A stretch of DNA of 64,000 nucleotides from Felis catus (GCF_018350175.1 NC_058368.1:191210001-191274000), one strand, 5' to 3'. Positions 13,450 through 26,552 are shown, counted from the stretch's first letter. Notes: generated by a model from the sequence alone, not told the origin. Made by a program: numbers and translations.

Positions 13450-13664
13450 TTTTTGATTGTTTAGTTTTATTTATTTTTGAGAGAGAGAGAGAGAGAGAGC
13501 AGGAGTAGGGGAGGGCAGAGAGAGAGGGAGACACAGAATCCAAAGCAGGATCCAGGCTCTGAGCTGTCAGCAGAGAGCCTGACGCGGGGCTTGAATTCAT
13601 GAACCTTGAGATGATGACCTGAGCCGAAGTCGGATGCTTAACAGACAGAGCCACACAGGCTCCC
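13450..13664 (-). mobile_element. Can-SINE (SINEC_Fc type)
   Basis: Reverse SINE; perfect 16-bp TSD tgggaaattcatttta at 13434-13449 and 13665-13680. Confidence 0.96.
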
Positions 13665-13696
13665 TGGGAAATTCATTTTAAAAACAATTTTTTTCC

Positions 13697-13885
13697 AGGA
13701 CACCTGGGTGGCTCTGTGGGTTGAGCGTTGGACTCTTGATTTTGGCTCAGGCCATGACCCCAGTGTCGTGGGATCAAGTCCCATATCAGGCTCCACATTG
13801 AGCGTGAAGCCTGCTTGAGATTCTCTCCCTCTCCCCCTCTCTCTGGCTTGCTCTCTCTCAAAATAATGTTTTCAAAAATCTTTAA
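13697..13885 (+). mobile_element. Can-SINE, older/shorter subfamily
   Basis: cacctgggtggctc...gactcttgattttggctcagg...(CT)n aaaataa. Confidence 0.92.
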
Positions 13886-14429
13886 ATTTTTTTTTTGCAT
13901 ATGAAACTTTAACCATTAGTATTTTATTACTTCAACAATTGGGAAGCAAATATTGCAAAATCTTAGGATTTGCCATGCTGGGTGATAGACACACAACCGT
14001 TCGTTTTATGATTTTCCTTAATTCAAAAAAAGTAACCTTGTACAATAAAATATTATAAAAACTGAAAATAAATGGACTGTCCTGTGATCTCTGTTAGGTC
14101 ATATTGAATACTTTCTCCAAAGTGACCTCTAAAAGCAAAGGGTGTCCCACAATATAAAATAGTTTTACTCTCACCATAAATGTAAGAACAATTTTGCAGC
14201 CATTTCCAAAGAATTATGTAAGAGGTAGTAGGAATCCACCCTATGAGGAAGCCCACAGAAGAGTGCACTGTAATACTATCCACCTTTATATCTTTAAATA
14301 TTTTTACTTTTTAAAGGAATAAAAATATGACCTGTAATTTGTGACATTGGAGGGATGTTACCGTAACACTGTTAAATAATTAGGACCAAGTTGAAATCAT
14401 CCAGTTAAAAATATTTCAAAGAAAAGGAC

Positions 14430-14560
14430 TGGACAGGATCATAGGGACCAGCCAGTCAGATTCTACTACTTTGCAGATGACTTAAGTGGCTTGTCCAAAG
14501 TCACAAAAGTGATTGGGGCCAGATGAGCAACAAGGATCCAGTTCTCTACTGCCCGATTCC
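14430..14560 (-). mobile_element. MIR/MIR3 fragment
   Basis: tttgcagatga...aagtggcttgtccaaagtcaca reverse core. Confidence 0.55.
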
Positions 14561-14726
14561 CATCTTGAAGGACCATGCCTTACCAAATAGCATCTTTCCA
14601 AATGTTTCTATGATACTGGCACAACGATACACCTGCATTCTATCTATTATCAAAAAACTAGTAAGAATATATAGGACACATAAGGAGTTGTGGCTTACGT
14701 GGGGGTGCCTGAGAGGAACAAGGGGT

Positions 14727-14790
14727 TTATTTTTTTTAATGCTTATTTGTTGAGAAAGAGAGAGTACCAGTGGGGGGGGGGGGGTGGAGG

Positions 14791-14822
<32 letters not shown>
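14727..14822 (-). mobile_element. Can-SINE tail remnant with poly-G and (GA)n
   Basis: tttttaatgcttatttgttgagaaagagagag...gggg...(GA)n resembles a reverse SINE 3' end; head absent. Confidence 0.55.
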
Positions 14823-14824
<2 letters not shown>

Positions 14825-15590
14825 ATAAAAGCAGTTTTACAGTTTTAGGTTGACAACAAACTGGAGCAGAGAGTGCAGAGAGTTCTCATATGTTTCCTCC
14901 TCCTAAGCACGCATGGCCACTCCCATCCGCAACATCCTGAATCAGTGGTCCATCTGTTCCTATCAATGAGCCATTACACTGATACATCATCACCACCCAA
15001 GTCAATAGGTTACCATAGGCTTCCCTCTTGGTTTTACACATTCATAGGCTTTGACAAATGTTTCATGGCAGGTATTTATACATCGTAACAGTATTTATAC
15101 AGAATATTTCCATCGTCCTAAAAATCCCCTGCGCTCCATCTGTCTGTCCCTCCCTTCCCTCTAATCCCTGACAACCACTAAGATTTTAAATATGGCTATA
15201 GTTTTACTTTTTCCAGAATGTCATTTGGTTGGAATCCCACAGTACATAGCCTTTTCAAATTGGTTTCTGTCGTTTAGTAATCCACATTTAAGTCTTCTCC
15301 AGTTCTTTTCATGGTTTGACAGCTCATTTCGTTAGAGCACTGAGTCATATTCCATTGTCTGTTTGTACCACAGTTTCTGTACCCATTCACCTCCGGAAAG
15401 GCATCTTGGTTGCTTCCAAGTTTGGGCAATCATGAATAACTCTTCTCTAAACACTCAGGAGCAGGTTTCTGTATTATGGACTTAAGTTTTCAACTCTTTG
15501 GGATAAAATTAAGGAGCATAGTCACTAGATCATGAAGTAAGAATATGTTTAGTTTTCTAAAAAAGTGCCCAAGTGTCTTCAAACTGGCTG
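14823..15590 (-). mobile_element. L1MC-type 3' end
   Basis: gcagtttt...aggttgacaacaaactggagcagagagtgcagagagttctcatat is the reverse L1MC terminus; continues with typical antisense L1 motifs. Confidence 0.85.
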
Positions 15591-15709
15591 GACAGAGGGA
15601 TTTAATGTTAAAATCAGCAAAGTGAAAACCACATAAAACCAACATCATTCTTCAAAATATCTTAGGAAGGTGGCACATTAACTGATAGATTTCAGAAGCC
15701 ACTACTCTA

Positions 15710-15826
15710 ATTTCTGTGAGGGCAGGTGATCTATTCTAGTAGTTCACTGTATCCCCAGTAGTATTCCTAGCACCTAGAACAGTGCTGCTACATAATAAAT
15801 GCTGATTTAGTATTTGTTAAATGAAC
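15710..15826 (+). mobile_element. L2 3' end
   Basis: tgagggcagg...gttcactgtatccccag...cacctagaacagtgc...tatttgttaaatgaa. Confidence 0.75.
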
Positions 15827-17244
15827 AGATCCGGGGCGGGGGGAACCTTCCTTCCGTTTTGTACCACACACTTCTTTAGTTGAACAAAGTGAAGACTCAT
15901 CTTACGGGCCTTAGAGTGTGAAAAGTAAGTATGATTAAGGGATAGAACTTCACTCAGACCAAATTCTCACCCTACAGGGGGGCCAACGACTGGGACAGAC
16001 ACTGAGAACAGCAGAATACAGCCTCTCTTCTTCTGTAGCATGTGCCCACTGCATGGAACAGGGGACAGAATCCTCTGCACTATGTAAATGGCTCTCTTTT
16101 TATTTGCTATGCACGTACAGTTGAATTTGCATAAATTAAATGCACATAAGCTGAGACTCCACTATAATTGCAAAACCATTGCATTGGAAATAAGCTTTCA
16201 CTGAAATCACATTAGAAACCAGAAAGATTAGATTTAGAAACATATTTAGCCCCATCAAGAGGTAGATTATGGAAAGTTTATAAAACAACACAGATACGCA
16301 TTGTGGGCCAGCCAAGGGCCTGGCTAGGGAGAGGAAGAGCCTTGTAGCCTCACCAAGGAGAGGAAAGCTGTCATCTAATGTCAAAACAAAGACTACAGAG
16401 TCACTCAAACCTTTGAACCAAATCCCTGTTCCGCAAACTTAAAGCAATCGACCTACTCATCCAGCCTCAGTTTTCCACTCTGTGAAGGAGGCATAAGAAT
16501 ACCCACAGTTTTGAAAGGAGAAAAGAGTACAAGACAGGTCTAGCATCCTGTTTTGATTTTCAAAACAAACACAAAATCCAAACAATTCCGTAAGTCTAGG
16601 CATGAAGTACGGGGAAATACAGGTTTGCTGGTCCTAAGCCTTTCCGAACCATCTGTTTCCCACCACAGTAGAAGCTAAGTCACTACACTTAATATTTTTT
16701 AAGAACCCACAGAGCTGTATGAGTTACATAATTGTGCCTTAGATAGCTATTATTTTTTCCCTTCACTTCTTACTAGGCAAATGTGAAGTTAAATTAGTCG
16801 CTTATCATAAAGTTCTCTGAAAACATCACAGTTGAAAGAAATGCCTGATAATTGTTCTTAGCCATCTGGCACCAAGTGACGTTCATGAACTTACATGAAC
16901 CATTTGGCTGAAGTCCAAAAACTTCTATCTCAATTTTATAGCTTGCTTACTGAAAGTTCTAAGTTGAGAAATTTCTAAGAGGAAAAATGGTTTATTAAAA
17001 AGGAGAACAAATGGGTCAATCCTTGAACTCCTTCACAATTACATAAGAAAGCATAAAAACAATTCTACACGTAGCCTCCAGTTTTAACAAATACAGTTAA
17101 GGCAAGGTTATATACTCTACCTCGTCAATACACGCACGCGCATGCTTACACACAGAATACACGCTGCTTTTCTCAATGTTTTCACATGAAGAGCCACACA
17201 TAATCCTGCTAAGCATCCAGGACAACTGCCACTCAGCAGCTTAC

Positions 17245-17299
17245 CTGCAATGCTTCTCACATGGTGGTGGCTTCTCCATCTACTGTCCACTCTCCTCTC
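17245..17299 (-). other. Candidate small exon, 55 nt, possibly L2-derived
   Basis: Acceptor ctccttctag|GAG, strong donor TTGCAG|gtaagc. Confidence 0.25.
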
Positions 17300-17309
17300 C
17301 TAGAAGGAG

Positions 17310-17660
17310 CCCCTAAAAGCACATCTCCACTTGTCTGGAATATTTCTACAACCTTCTTAACGGTCTCTCATCAACCCATCTTGGGCTGACCCCACCCCTT
17401 TTTCTTCCCTATAGCAGGAATGAGCTTTGAAACCTAAGTCACTTCCACTCCTCCGCCTAAATTTTCCGAAGGTTTCCCATGACTTTTATAACACAATCTC
17501 AAATCCTCACTGTGGTTTAGAAGATCCGAGGTCTGGCCCGTTTCACTGGTCTCATCTTGTATTCTACACTTCTACCTACTTAACATGTGCCGGCCATACT
17601 GGCCATTCTTCTGTTTGTGAGGCACCAGCCATGCCCCTTCTGGTCTCTAGTCTTTAGCAC
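17310..17660 (+). mobile_element. L2 fragment
   Basis: C/T-rich L2-like motifs (ccatactggccattctt, aatctcaaatcctcac). Confidence 0.55.
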
Positions 17661-18469
17661 ACTGTAAATAGAAGGTGTGATCTTTGTTCCCCATGCCCTC
17701 AAAAAGATACCACAATAATTTGGAGATGATTTGTCGAAGACATGGACTCTCTTTTCTCCCCCGCCTCATTCATGAGGAGGTCGGGTTCACCGGCTTAGAG
17801 AAGTTCCAGATGTTCCATGGATGTAAAAGTCATTTCCTTCCTTCAGTAGCAGAAGTATGTCCTATTTACTGGAACTGGATTTTCTAGTAAGTTTCTCTCA
17901 TTTGCCTATTTCCTCATAGTTCCCTCCCCACCCCAAATCTCAGACAGTTCATAACATATTTATCCTCACTGTGTGTATAAACTGGCAACCTGAATGCTAA
18001 ACTCCCTTCTCAAGCACGATTGGAATCAATTGAGCTACTCTCCAGGAGTAGTTAGAAGAAAATTACTTATCTTTCAATGATTTTATGACAAGCTCCAGCT
18101 TCTGAAAATTACTGGATATTACTCTAAAAATAAAGCATTACAGATAATTACCCCTGAGAATGGAACACATCACTACCTTAATTCGAAAAGTTATTTTGGA
18201 TACAGGGCAAGAGTACTTGTTTGAAAAATAAAATTGCCAATGTACACGAAGCAGCTCAATGCTGAGAGGAAACAGGAGAACAAAAAAAAACCATTCCATG
18301 CTTTCTCAAAATCGTTGTGCTAACGGCCGGCAGCCAATCCAATGCTGTACTATCTCCCAGAAGGCAGAGAAGGAATTACGCCAAGTAATGTTATCAGGAG
18401 AGGAGGGAAAGAACACTATCGGTGAGTGAAAAAGATCGAAGTCCCGTTTATATGTACTGACTCAGTTCT

Positions 18470-18620
18470 TCTCCCTAACTTATTAGGAATGTTCTATCAT
18501 CATCTCCACTTCATAGGAGAGGACACCAAGCACCTTGTCAGAAGTAGCAGTGCTGGGATTTGTATTAAGACAGTTTAAATCCAGAGTCCACACTTACAAA
18601 CCATGGCACAAGGTTGCCTC
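18470..18620 (-). mobile_element. MIR fragment
   Basis: gtagcagtgctgggatttg...tccagagtccacac reverse MIR head. Confidence 0.6.
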
Positions 18621-20289
18621 TCAGGTCTTAAAAGAATTCAGGCCCAAAGGGCTATGTTAAATGTTACACTTTGACACTGATCATCAAAGCACATGTGAGC
18701 TGGGAGTTCCTGAAAACGTAAAAACAGAAACAAGTTTGTATAGATGAAAAAAACAAAGTCTTAAAGATCTTCTGAATTGCCCCAAATGATGCACGATCTC
18801 CCGATTCCTAATCTCTAAGTGCCCTCAAAGGCCATGGTTTCTCATTTGGCAAATATACATGTAGTGCCTTTCAAACACTCATCTCTGTGTTGAGAAATGA
18901 CTGATACAAAAAATGGTTTGACAGAGTTAAGTATCAGGGTGTGCAAGATCACCAAAGGATAACCTTCATTTGGGTCATCACAGGGAGGGGCGTGTTCTTG
19001 AGCTGTGACGCTGAAGAGTGTTTACCTGGATGAAAACCGAAGAAGAGGGGAAGAAAGGTGAAGAGCTTCCTAGGCAGAAAGAGCTCCTTGTAGGAGATCC
19101 TGGAAGAGAGAATGTTGTGCTTTCAAGGAACTTAAAGAAGTTGTATATGGATGAAGGCATTACACATTTTCAGGATGGAACGTTATAACCTCTCACAATG
19201 GAAAAATAAATTGGGATCAGACCACACAGAACCATGAAGGCTACATTAAGGAATTACAACAGACTAAACCATTTGTACGTTAAGGAATGAGCAAGACTTC
19301 TATGTTGCAAGGCTCCCCCTCCCTCTCCCTCTGCTTCCCCACTGTACCACCCTATCACTGAAAAATCAGACAAGGACCAAAACTAAGTCAATAAAATCTG
19401 CACAGCGTCTGAAAGGAAAGCTAAGAAGTCAGCAAGACAAGAGGTGAAGGGGGGGGGGGGGAAAGAAAGAGGGTATCCTAAAGAAGGGGAATTTTATTTT
19501 AGCCAATCAACTAGAGGGCAGCTCTGAGAGATGAGATCAAAGAATCTGTCCTGGTAAGCTGAAGCCAGCTAACAAGAATCCTGCTCAATTTCCAGGAATT
19601 TTGTAAACTGGCTGTTAAATTATGTACCTTGAAATCAAACATATTGGGAGGATTTATACTCTTAACATTGGCCAATACTGTAACACAAGGTGTTCATTTC
19701 TGGAGATCTGGTTTATCAGCACACTCAGTGAGGATTTGGTGGCATTATTACTATTGTTGGAAAGAAATAACTAGACTACTACAAAAGGAGTTACTTTCCA
19801 TTACCCTCTGGACTCTTAAGGTATCAGAGAGTAACAAGCCTGAAATAATAAACTGGTTCATTTCACTGCCACCCCCACCACCATGTTGGCTTGATGCACT
19901 CACAGTGAAACTAAATACCGAAATTGATGAGCCCTCATACCCAAGAGTTTCCATATTTGTATATACACAGCTCAACAAAATTTATTAAATAAAAACAAAC
20001 ATTTGCTTAGAAAGGCAATAAGGTCTTGGTTGAAACTTCATCTGTGGATGTGAATACTACCCAAGGTAATTATCAGTGCCCCCAAGATCCTTAAAGGAAA
20101 TACAACTAGGAGTTTTAAAAGGCTGTTTCAAATAAATAAAATTAAGGACATATCATAAAGATATATTATGGAAAGTAATTATAAAATTATAATGAATTAT
20201 GGAATTATATTCTTTAGAATTTTCTAAATTAAATAAAATTTATGGAAAGAATTATGGAAAGTAAATACCAGCAACTTTCCCTATTAACA

Positions 20290-20490
20290 GATCATATTTA
20301 TTTAATGTGTGGTATATGTACAAGGCATCCAGTCTCATAACAAACTATATACTCAGTTATGAGTATTATCCCCATTTTACAGTTGTGAGAATTCAGTCAT
20401 AAAGAGGTTGCCCAACATTGTATAGCTATTAAGAGGCAAGAGTTCCTACCTACTGATTCCACATGAATAGCTCTTAAAATCTATACCTAG
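20290..20490 (-). mobile_element. MIR fragment
   Basis: tattatccccattttacag...gaggttgcccaac reverse core. Confidence 0.7.
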
Positions 20491-23229
20491 CTGCTTCACA
20501 AAGATATTTTAACATCTGTTGATAATACTACAGAATGCAAACAGTAGAACATCATTAACTTATAACTTTCAAGGTTAACATTAAAATTAAGTAATGAAAG
20601 CTACTAGAAGGCATGCATCTTGTTACTCCTATTTTTCTGTCACAATAACTGATACAATCAGAGTGGATTAGTTCCCCTACTGCAAAACAGTCTAAAGTGG
20701 CCTACAATACACCAATTCATCAAATTAGACAACGCTCTTCATTATTTTTATCAAATGTAGCAACCATTGCCCACATCATGATAAATAATTGAAGCTACTC
20801 TACTACTTTATTACATCTCACACATTTCTATCCCAGAAGTAGGGCAGTGCACATTTTGAGAGGCAACCGGGTTAGCTCCCAAACCTATTTCAGTCATTCT
20901 TGTTGAGAAAAGCCCATGTCTCTTCAGTATTTACTATTAACACTATGTGAACAAAAATATGTGATGAAAAAAAACAGAATTTCTGTTTCCAGGAAGAAGT
21001 TGAACATAGTGGCAGAAATACAACTATGACATAGTCAAACACACAAACTTGAATGAGAGATACAACTATAAAGTGGGACGGGAGTTGAATGTGGGAATGA
21101 CAGAGAAAGGCTACCTACTTTTGGTTCACATAAAGGTTCAGGAGAAGACAGGGAGCTTCATGGCACAAGGGGTGTTGGGTTTAGCTTGGAAAAGTAACCA
21201 GAATTTTACAAAGCAGAAACCACACAAATGCAAGTTAATATGACCAATACGGACCATTAACAGAGTCTAATTTAGAACAATAAGGGTTCTAATTTAGAAC
21301 ATTTTAGAGAGAACTACTCAATTGGAACAGAACAGTAACGGGAGAACTGCCAGTCTTGATAATTCTAATCATCGAGGTTTGAACTTGAAGCCAGGGATGA
21401 CTTCCTCGGTGTTCCATGAACCCCCAGCAATTTATGCAAAACCTTTTGTTATTTCCATCTTCCTAAGGGAGAAGGCCCACAGCTTCTGATCCAAAATAAG
21501 ATTTAGAACCAGTGACCTCTAGACTTATTCCAAGGTAATTTGATGGGTGAATGAGAAATAAAAGTTAGCTGTGATTTCCAACTTTATTTACTTTTAAATA
21601 TTCATAACAGGTATCATAAGTAAATTGACAATGATGCTTGAAAAAGAAAAGACAAGAAAAGAAAAACACTGTCCAGAAAAACAAATTGGAGTGATCAGAT
21701 AGAGCACTTAGAAAAACTCTTAATTTGACCTGAGGGGACTAGGACCATATCACACGGTAATCAAGGGGAAGAAATGTGTTCTGTAATCAAAAAAGGCCAT
21801 AATCAATAGGATACACATTTCCCAAAAGTTACTAGCAAAGAATTCAAGTCTTTCTTAAGATATTATACACTAAAATAATGCATCACTAGAGATGGAACTA
21901 ATTAAAAATAAATATCAAAACGGGATGTTTTCATAAGCTCATCATCACTAAAGGAGGAGGCGGGGGGTTAACTTTACGTATGTATCAGTGGGCACAAAGA
22001 AGCAGTTGTGTTTATCTCCAGAAGGAGATTAATGGGATACATGTGCCCATTCTAATCTGCCCCGGAATTTTACTTTTACTAGTGTTCTTCAAAGTGGTGA
22101 GCTGTTAAATATAGATCATTAGTCAGCACATGTTTAATTACATACCAGTATTTCTTGAAGATTAAAAATGTCTGCAGTTCAATTATCCTCACAAGGCAAG
22201 TCCCATTTTGTAGTCATTCAGCTTGGAACAACGTAGTCACAAAATATATGGTTTTAGATTAAAATCTTTCTGATAGTACTCCACCGGGCTGATTTCAAAG
22301 GGGGAAATATACACCTGCTTCACTTCCCAGGGAGAATACCAGCTACGGCTTTATACCTTTCTCCATTCATGCTGGACGGATTCAGAGCACAGCAGTGACC
22401 CCCTCAGACATTTCTCTCCATCACCACCACCACACAATTATCACACAGCTGGCCTTTCAAATTCAAGTCATGCAAAATGGTTCATCTTTTACGTAAATGG
22501 TCTCAGCTCTGGTTCTGATGCCTGTCCCCCACGAGTAAGCTTATCCTCTTCAGAGATTTGGATTCCTGCAGGCAGTTACCAACACAAAAATATTCTGACA
22601 AAACCTAAGTGTTCTTTTGCAACTAGAGCTCATTCTTCAGGAGAGAGGGGAAAAAAAAGACAGTGTTTAAGTTCTGAGTTTCAGGTAGAAGACCCAGAAA
22701 AAACAATTTATGGTGCTTGGAATAATTTACTTGATTACACGTACTACAAGTATTTTCCTTCATGTTTTTGTAATGAACCTGACCATGAAAAAACAAATTT
22801 ACGTCTGTCGTCTGTCTCATTATGAGCTGAGCTCATTTGGTGCAGAAAACCTACAGTTTAATTGCCTGATTTAAATTTGGCTAGTAGAATGCATACTGAA
22901 ACATTACTCTTTTAATTATGTTAATTTATAACTGAAAAGCTAAATTTACAAAGGCAATAACATTAATTATTTACTTGCCCATTAAAGTTGAATATATATT
23001 ACCAAGCTAATTGGTTTCATAAGTCTGCCAAAAAATTAAAAACAAGTTTGTTCACTGATTTATATGGGAAAGGTGTACATATTCTCAGTGGGTTACTTGT
23101 TCTTTATTGGATTACATGAAAATATGTGTAAAACACTTCATCTATACAATATTCCACATACCTTCTTCCTTCCTTCTTGGGCTAAAACACATTTTAGAGG
23201 AAAAATAGAGGCAATGAACATTTCCTCAA

Positions 23230-23430
23230 TGCTTATTCTGTATCATACCGTATATGAATCATCCTGTTGAATCTCAGAACTGAATAACATACTAACTAGC
23301 ATTATTTCCCGTTTAAAGTTGAAGAAACCAAGGTTTGGAGAGATTAAAAAGTTTGCCAAGGCAAGGGCCAAAATAATTAAATCCAGGACTTGCTCTAGAA
23401 AGAACCAAGATCTTAACATTTATGCTGTAC
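23230..23430 (-). mobile_element. MIR fragment
   Basis: gaagaaaccaaggtttggagagattaaaaagtttgccaagg reverse core. Confidence 0.6.
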
Positions 23431-25179
23431 TGTTTTAATACCTGTTATTCACAGCAGATGGGACACTTGCTAACTCAGCATGATTCCCTAAGGGAAAAAA
23501 CTTGCTTTGACGTCAAAATCAACTACTTTAGTGAAAAATTTAACCATAACCCCATATGGATATTGACATAAAAATAACCGTAGAGCCCAATCCAAAGCAC
23601 AGAAATCATAGAGGAGTCTGTACTCCAGTGACCTAAAATCAAAATAGCACAAGGAGAAAGTCCAGCAAATACTCTCGAACCTTATCTCTACAGTGGAATT
23701 CAGTATTAGGCAGGTTCCACTTAGACCACAACTCAAGAAGGGGATTACAAATTAGAGAGGATAATACCCATCATACTATCCTCTTGGGCACAGTGTGCAG
23801 ATCAAATGTGAAACAGGATAAGAAAGAGCTATGAAAATTAGCAAGCATTATGCAAATCCAAGTCAGTACAATTAGCGTTAGATGGTTTTGCACCTAAAGA
23901 ATTCCCACGGAACTTAGTCTGAGTTTACATGGAGACTAAAATTTAGCTATATTCTCTTGTAACTTGAAGGCTTCTAAAATTTCTCTCATATAAAATTTAG
24001 CTAATATTTCCTCAAGCAAAAATGTCATTAATGTGACCTCAACAAGTTACAATTAGCAGTTTTTAATTAATACTCCATGAAATATTGTGAAATAAAACTG
24101 TGTTCAAAACGGCTTGGGCCAATGTATTAATATTGTACATTTTTTATATCCAGGAAACACCAAAATATTAACCATGTATTTACTCATGTACACTTTAAAT
24201 CATACAACTAAACTGCTAATGGTTATAGAGCAGTTAAGGACATTTTAATATGTAGCGAAAAGTGATTTGGAGCATTTTCTAAGAGAGATTTCAAATACAC
24301 TTTGAATGTCTGCAAGTCTACTAGGAAGGACAACAATATTCCATCTTCACTGACTTCCTGAAACTTTTCCAAATGTAACCTAATAATTTTAGAGATCATC
24401 TATAGCAGTTCCAGACCTACTGTACCATAATAAATTATCTTCTAATACTGCTGTGGAACACCTCCTATCATTTATTATGATGGAGTTTTGCTGAGGGCTA
24501 GAAAACTAAAATCATCTAATGAAGTTTAAATTATACTTTGGGTCTTTTGTTTGTATTCAATATTTAAGCATTATTATGTTGTGTCTGGGGGAAGGCATGG
24601 ATTATTTCTAAATAAAGGAAAAGATATTTACACATTTTTATATGCCTCACATCATTAAAATGGAAAAATTGAATTTTTTGAGTGTCAAACTATGAAATAA
24701 AGACATGGATCAATGCACCCAGTATCTAGCGAGAGCCCACTAAGTGCTAAAAGAAATTTCAAATCATGAAATTTCAAATAAAAAAGGCTCGTTGTAATGT
24801 CAAAATAATATCACCACCACCCACAGCAGAATAACATTATTCAACATCAGAACTGGGCATGATATCCTATAGGCCAATATTTCACTTTTCATTTATCAAG
24901 TCTAGAGCAGAAGTGGGGAGCTTACACATTACTTTCTATCCAACCTCGGCTGATTATTCTGACATCAAGGATCTGGATCTGTAACAGCAGTAAGTCCTTG
25001 AGATTCAACTACAAGTAGCTAAAACTTACCAAATCCAGAAAATCCAATTCAATTATTGAATTTTATATACTGATTTGTTAAGAATTGCACAAAAACCTTG
25101 TCATGAACTAAAGTAGTAGATGTGGCCTTTTAGTCAACTCCTAAATTACTTTTACTTGTTAGAACACATTGAGCATTGG

Positions 25180-25182
25180 TAA

Positions 25183-25221
<39 letters not shown>

Positions 25222-25222
25222 A
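25180..25222. repeat. (TAAA)n tetranucleotide microsatellite, about 10 units
   Basis: Directly visible. Confidence 0.95.
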
Positions 25223-25242
25223 GCATTTAACCCAACTTAGTT

Positions 25243-25800
25243 GTTTTACATTTTCTTCCCCATTTTATTTTATTATTTTTAATATGAAATTTATTATCAA
25301 ATTGGTTTCCATACAACACCCAGTGCTCATCCCAACAGGTGCCCTACTCAATACCCATCACCCACCCTCCCCACCCTCCCACCCCCCATCAACCCTCAGT
25401 TTGTTCTCAGTTTTTAAGAGTCTCTTATGTTTTGGGTCCCTCCCTCTCTAACCTTTTTTTTTTTTCCTTCCTCTACCCCCATGGTCTTCTGTTAAGTTTC
25501 TCAGGATCAAAAAATTAAAAATAGATCTACCCTATGACCCAGCAATAACACTGCTAGGAATCTCCCCAAGGGATACAGGAGTGCTGATGCATAGGGGCAC
25601 TTGTACCCCAATGTTTATAGCAGCACTCTCAACAATAGCCAAATTATGGAAAGAGCCTAAATGTCCATCCACTGATGAATGGATAAAGAAATTGTGGTTT
25701 ATATACACAATGGAATACTATGTGGCAATGAGAAAGAATGAAATATGGCCTTTTGTAGCAACGTGGATGGAACTGGAGAGTGTTATGCTAAGTGAAATAA
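25243..25800 (-). mobile_element. Young felid L1, 5'-truncated with 5' inversion
   Basis: 25243-25508 is L1 3'UTR/tail on the minus strand; 25509-25800 reads the ORF2 C-terminus on the plus strand (...TCTPMFIAALSTIAKLWKEPKCPSTDEWIKKLW...); TSD taacccaacttagtt / taatcgaacttagtt. Confidence 0.92.
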
Positions 25801-25943
25801 TCGAACTTAGTTTTGCCTCTTTTGAATTATAAGTTTATCAAAGGAGACCTGTCATCGAGGAAAAAAAAATTAAATTCATACAGTAGTGGACTCTCATTGA
25901 GTTCCTGAAGGAAATGTTAATTAAAACTTCATGTGTTACTGTT

Positions 25944-26050
25944 GGAGAGCCTAACTAGTTCAGTCAGTAGAAGATGCAACTCTTGGTCTCTAGGTTGTAA
26001 GTTTGAGCCCCATGTTGGGTGTAGACATTACTTAAATAATTAAGATTTTT
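25944..26050 (+). mobile_element. Short tRNA-Lys-derived carnivore SINE (old monomer type)
   Basis: Degenerate tRNA-like head (tcagtcagtagaagatgcaactctt...gtttgagccccatgttgggtg) plus tagacattacttaa tail; flanking repeat aacttcatgtgttact / aactccatgtattact. Confidence 0.8.
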
Positions 26051-26552
26051 ACAACTCCATGTATTACTCTATAAAACTATAATGGCATTATGAAAAATAC
26101 ATGGAAAAAAATGGTCTGTTTTACTAGACAAAGCACCAGCCCTGCAGAGGATCTACAGAACTGATGGAATACTGCCAAGCAAATACGCATCAACACTTGT
26201 TTACATGTGTAACTTCTGAAAATCCTTAGAAACTGCTAAAATATGGATACATATATCAGCTGGCTTGAGTCACCAAACATCACAATACACAGAACTATTT
26301 GTTAGGAATGGCTGTGTAATTTGAGTAATTAAAATACACTTACCAAAATGGCACAATGGTAGACTTCAAACAAACTTGTGTTTTCAAATATAAAAGATAA
26401 AGATGTTTATAAGCACCTCCAAGGAGAAACCAGGATTTATCAGAGGAGAACATTCTAGCTAAGGACAAGGTATGTTCCCATACTCTGGGCACCACTCTTA
26501 TGCTAAAACAAGATTCCCTCCACCAAACACACAGCTTTCCCTGACTACTCAC

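Noticed and set aside
20161..20265. Four ttatggaa motifs in AT-rich sequence
   Set aside because: Irregular spacing and low complexity; not an array
21266..21301. 14-bp direct repeat tctaatttagaaca around an 8-nt spacer
   Set aside because: Only two copies; most simply a small slippage duplication
25581..25832. 83-aa ORF with real protein similarity
   Set aside because: C-terminal fragment of L1 ORF2 in a truncated, inverted insertion; not a functional CDS
25944..26020. tRNA gene
   Set aside because: Degenerate boxes and stems, with a SINE tail and TSD
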